Part shown: positions 49,940 to 52,272 of the stretch, piece by piece
Layout: every line of letters starts with the position of its first letter
Numbering within the stretch: position 1 is the first letter of the stretch
DNA from: Mycoplasmatota bacterium
Lineage (GTDB): Bacteria > Bacillota_I > Bacilli_A > RF39 > UBA660
Direction of reading: 5' to 3'
Assembly (NCBI GenBank): GCA_012727915.1
Contig: JAAYGD010000058.1
Coordinates: 1 to 52,272, forward strand
DNA: 52,272 nt
The notes under the pieces: model-generated
Database searches by the model: none
Seen by the model: the letters and a program-made list of their open reading frames with translations, nothing else
What the model was told of the DNA's origin: nothing
Translations under genes and position numbers: made by a program

Positions 49940-50389
49940 ATGATGAACAAAGTAATGTTAATCGGTAGATTAACAAGAGATCCAGATTTAAGATATACAC
50001 CTAGTAATATAGCTACAGTTACTTTTTCTATTGCTGTAAACAGACCGTTTACTAATCAAAATGGAGTTAGAGAAGCTGATTTTATTAATATAATTGCTTG
50101 GAGAAAACAAGCAGAGAATGTTAAAAAATATATTACAAAAGGTAGTTTGGTTGCGGTTGAAGGAAGAATACAAACTAGAAATTATGATGATAAAGATGGA
50201 AAGAAAGTATATGTTACTGAAGTTGTGGCGGACAATGTACAATTTTTAGAACCAAAAGGTCAAAGATCAATGGAAAGTAATAATAACTATGAACCATCAG
50301 ATAATGTTCAAACAACAGATGTGGGAGAAGATCCATATATTGATTTTGGACAAACAGTAGAATTAAGCGATGATGACATTGCATTCTAA
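49940..50389 (+). CDS. ssb: single-stranded DNA-binding protein
   Basis: OB-fold N-terminus MNKVMLIGRLTRDPDLRYT and an acidic tail DDDIAF. Confidence 0.95.
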   Translation: MMNKVMLIGRLTRDPDLRYTPSNIATVTFSIAVNRPFTNQNGVREADFINIIAWRKQAENVKKYITKGSLVAVEGRIQTRNYDDKDGKKVYVTEVVADNVQFLEPKGQRSMESNNNYEPSDNVQTTDVGEDPYIDFGQTVELSDDDIAF

Positions 50390-50401
50390 GAAGGAGGAAT
50401 A

Positions 50402-50617
50402 ATGGCAGAGTTTTATAAGAAAAGAAAAAAAGTGTGTCAATTATGCCAAGGTAAAACAATCAATTACAAAGATGTTGAAATAATAAAAAAATACATTAAT
50501 GAAAAAGGAAAAATTTTACCTAGAAGAGCCACAGGAGCTTGCTCTAAACATCAAAGAGAAATAGCAACTGAAATTAAGAAGGCTCGTTTTATGGCATTTG
50601 TACCATTTTCTGAATAA
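50402..50617 (+). CDS. rpsR: 30S ribosomal protein S18
   Basis: 71 aa with a typical S18 pattern (INYKDVEIIKKYINEKGKILPRR.TG). Confidence 0.95.
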   Translation: MAEFYKKRKKVCQLCQGKTINYKDVEIIKKYINEKGKILPRRATGACSKHQREIATEIKKARFMAFVPFSE

Positions 50618-50645
50618 TAATGGTAAATTGATAGGAAGTGAATAG

Positions 50646-50861
50646 ATGGAAACATTTTTAATAATTATATCCATATTATTAATTACATTAGTAATATTAC
50701 AAAGTGCTAAAGCTGAGGGTGCATCTCAAATAATACAAGGTGGAAACTTAGATTTATTTAGCAATAGAAAAGAGAGAGGTAGTGAGTTATTTATTACTCG
50801 TCTTACCTTAGTTCTTGGAGTACTATTTTTTGTAATTTGTTTATTTATGTCGTTACAATAA
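50646..50861 (+). CDS. secG: preprotein translocase subunit SecG
   Basis: 71 aa with two transmembrane helices and a Gly-rich loop. It lies upstream of rnr, as in Bacillus. Confidence 0.75.
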   Translation: METFLIIISILLITLVILQSAKAEGASQIIQGGNLDLFSNRKERGSELFITRLTLVLGVLFFVICLFMSLQ

Positions 50862-50876
50862 TGTAAATGATATATT

Positions 50877-50902
50877 AAGAACTATATATTAGTTCTTTTT
50901 TA
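50877..50902 (+). terminator. rho-independent terminator after secG
   Basis: Stem AAGAACT / AGTTCTT with a 7-nt loop and a T-run. Confidence 0.6.
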
Positions 50903-50926
50903 TTTTATAATAAATATGGAGGAAAT

Positions 50927-51781
50927 ATGAATAGAGAAAGATTTCTGGAAGTTAAAAAAGAATTAAATGATATTTATTATAAAAGAAAAGAGGTTGAACA
51001 ACAACCGCTAGAATATTTGATAACAGAATATACTGGTTTATTATTTAAGGGTATTTTTAATACGGCAAGTACTCCAAATACAAAAATTGTTGATAGCAGC
51101 GAATATTTGGGTTGTTATGATGGATATATAGGATTTGAAATCAATAGAGCAGAAATACAAGAATTTCAAAAAAGAGAGGCATTAAGATTATTTGAGACAA
51201 TTGCGCACGAACTTCAACATTTTAGACAAAAAAGAGAATATGAAAAAGTTAATATTAGAAATTCATTTATGGAAAAAGATAATTATTTAAAAGAAAAATT
51301 TCAATCATATTATCAAGACAATTATTGTGTTGAAATGAGTGAAATTGATGCTTTTTTGTCTCAGCATAATGACGCTACTTTTCTTCTCAAAGATATAGGA
51401 ATTGTGCCTTCTGAGAAAGAAATTAATAAATCAAAAATAAAAACACAAGAGTTTTCACAAAATATTGGAAATCCATGGAGAATTGTTGGAGTAGAAATGA
51501 AAAATATTTTCGATTTATTTAATGAAGAATTTGAAAAAGGCTCATTAGAGATGGATGAATTTGATCGCACTAATTTTATGGAATTTAGACCATGTACAAA
51601 TATTGAATATAAATTTGAAAATAATAGATTTGTTAGAAGAAATTCTAATGAATTAGAGAAAATATATGAAGATTGGAAAAACGGAGAACTTCAATTAAAA
51701 GGGGATGCATTGGAAATTGATACATATTTTTCATATATTATTGAGAAAACAGTAGAAAAAGATAATGCAGCTATAAAATAA
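50927..51781 (+). CDS. hypothetical protein with an HExxH motif
   Basis: GGAGG ribosome-binding site. Length is 284 aa, with AHELQHF at residues 93-99 and no transmembrane segment or signal peptide. Confidence 0.6.
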   Translation: MNRERFLEVKKELNDIYYKRKEVEQQPLEYLITEYTGLLFKGIFNTASTPNTKIVDSSEYLGCYDGYIGFEINRAEIQEFQKREALRLFETIAHELQHFRQKREYEKVNIRNSFMEKDNYLKEKFQSYYQDNYCVEMSEIDAFLSQHNDATFLLKDIGIVPSEKEINKSKIKTQEFSQNIGNPWRIVGVEMKNIFDLFNEEFEKGSLEMDEFDRTNFMEFRPCTNIEYKFENNRFVRRNSNELEKIYEDWKNGELQLKGDALEIDTYFSYIIEKTVEKDNAAIK

Positions 51782-51797
51782 ATTACAAGGAGGAAAA

Positions 51798-52272
51798 ATG
51801 AAAGATAGAATTATTCAGTTATTAGATACAATTAAAAAACCATTAAATGAAAACGAATTATTCGATAAATTAAAATTAGAAAACATTTCCTTAACTGAAT
51901 TATGTAATACGATTAGAATAATGGAATTAAATGGAGATATATACAAGACTAACAGTGGTAAATATACTCTTTTTAAGTATACTCATTTAATTGTGGGAAG
52001 GCTATCTGTTAATAGAAAAGGTTTTGGATTTTTGTTATTAGAGGATGCACCTGATATATATATACACTCTTCTAATATGAAAGATGCTATTCATAATGAT
52101 TTAGTAGCAATAGAAAAAATTAATAAAGAAGAAGGAAAAATTGTTAAAGTAATAAATAGAGAACTTAAAAATGTAGTTGGGGAATTATACTTTGATAATA
52201 ATGAATATAAAATTAAAATTGATACTGACAAAATAAGATTAAATATTATTGTTGATAAAGAAAATAGAAATA
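51798..52272 (+). CDS. rnr: ribonuclease R, N-terminal part (truncated by the window end)
   Basis: AAGGAGG ribosome-binding site. An N-terminal winged-helix-like region is followed by a GFGFLL cold-shock-like motif. Conserved secG...rnr synteny. Confidence 0.75.
   Translation, partial: MKDRIIQLLDTIKKPLNENELFDKLKLENISLTELCNTIRIMELNGDIYKTNSGKYTLFKYTHLIVGRLSVNRKGFGFLLLEDAPDIYIHSSNMKDAIHNDLVAIEKINKEEGKIVKVINRELKNVVGELYFDNNEYKIKIDTDKIRLNIIVDKENRN

Noticed and set aside
546-51570. All minus-strand ORFs in the track other than 11517-12761 (for example 546-902, 3484-3837, 9711-10016, 28112-28495, 31613-32014, 39864-40205, 51361-51570).
   Set aside because: Each lies antisense inside a well-supported, conserved plus-strand gene. 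Their products are low-complexity and rich in Leu, Ile, Phe and Ser, as expected for shadow ORFs in AT-rich DNA. None has a ribosome-binding site.

Overview
AT-rich, Bacillota-type chromosomal segment. Every supported gene but one lies on the + strand. The standard code applies: UGA is a stop, and RF2 carries its UGA frameshift. Taxonomy is inference only: a cell-walled, reduced-genome low-GC lineage (murD, a FemAB-like gene and lgt are present). The backbone runs: rpoB 3' end, rpoC, tilS, ftsH, rpsL-rpsG-fusA-tuf, FemAB-like (-), murD, secA, an 8.4 kb accessory gap, prfB, YitT-like, ftsE-ftsX, a 5.9 kb surface-protein cluster, cdaA-cdaR, uvrB, tsaC-like, uvrA, lgt, trxB-like, whiA, parA-parB, DUF951, AbgT-like, ychF, rpsF-ssb-rpsR, secG, an HExxH protein and the rnr 5' end. 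No rRNA, tRNA or CRISPR array was seen. There are three main leads. (1) The secA-prfB junction holds three diverged copies of the secA SEC-C tail. I read these as two tandem integrative elements. The newer one carries a tyrosine integrase, arm-type repeats at both ends, and a small cargo: an alkyltransferase-like protein lacking the acceptor Cys, a DUF5131/Gp37-Gp68 protein with a CX3CX2C motif, and two small proteins. (2) Between ftsX and cdaA sits a three-gene envelope cluster built around a 1456-aa N-terminally anchored protein. Its C-terminus is a duplicated 7-Cys module containing a WxxWxxW motif. (3) Two housekeeping genes are unusual: S12 has substitutions at two classical streptomycin positions, and the TrxR-like flavoprotein lacks the NADPH-binding motifs. 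All functional calls come from motif recognition by eye, with no database search run. The functional ideas for the island cargo and the surface cluster are hypotheses.
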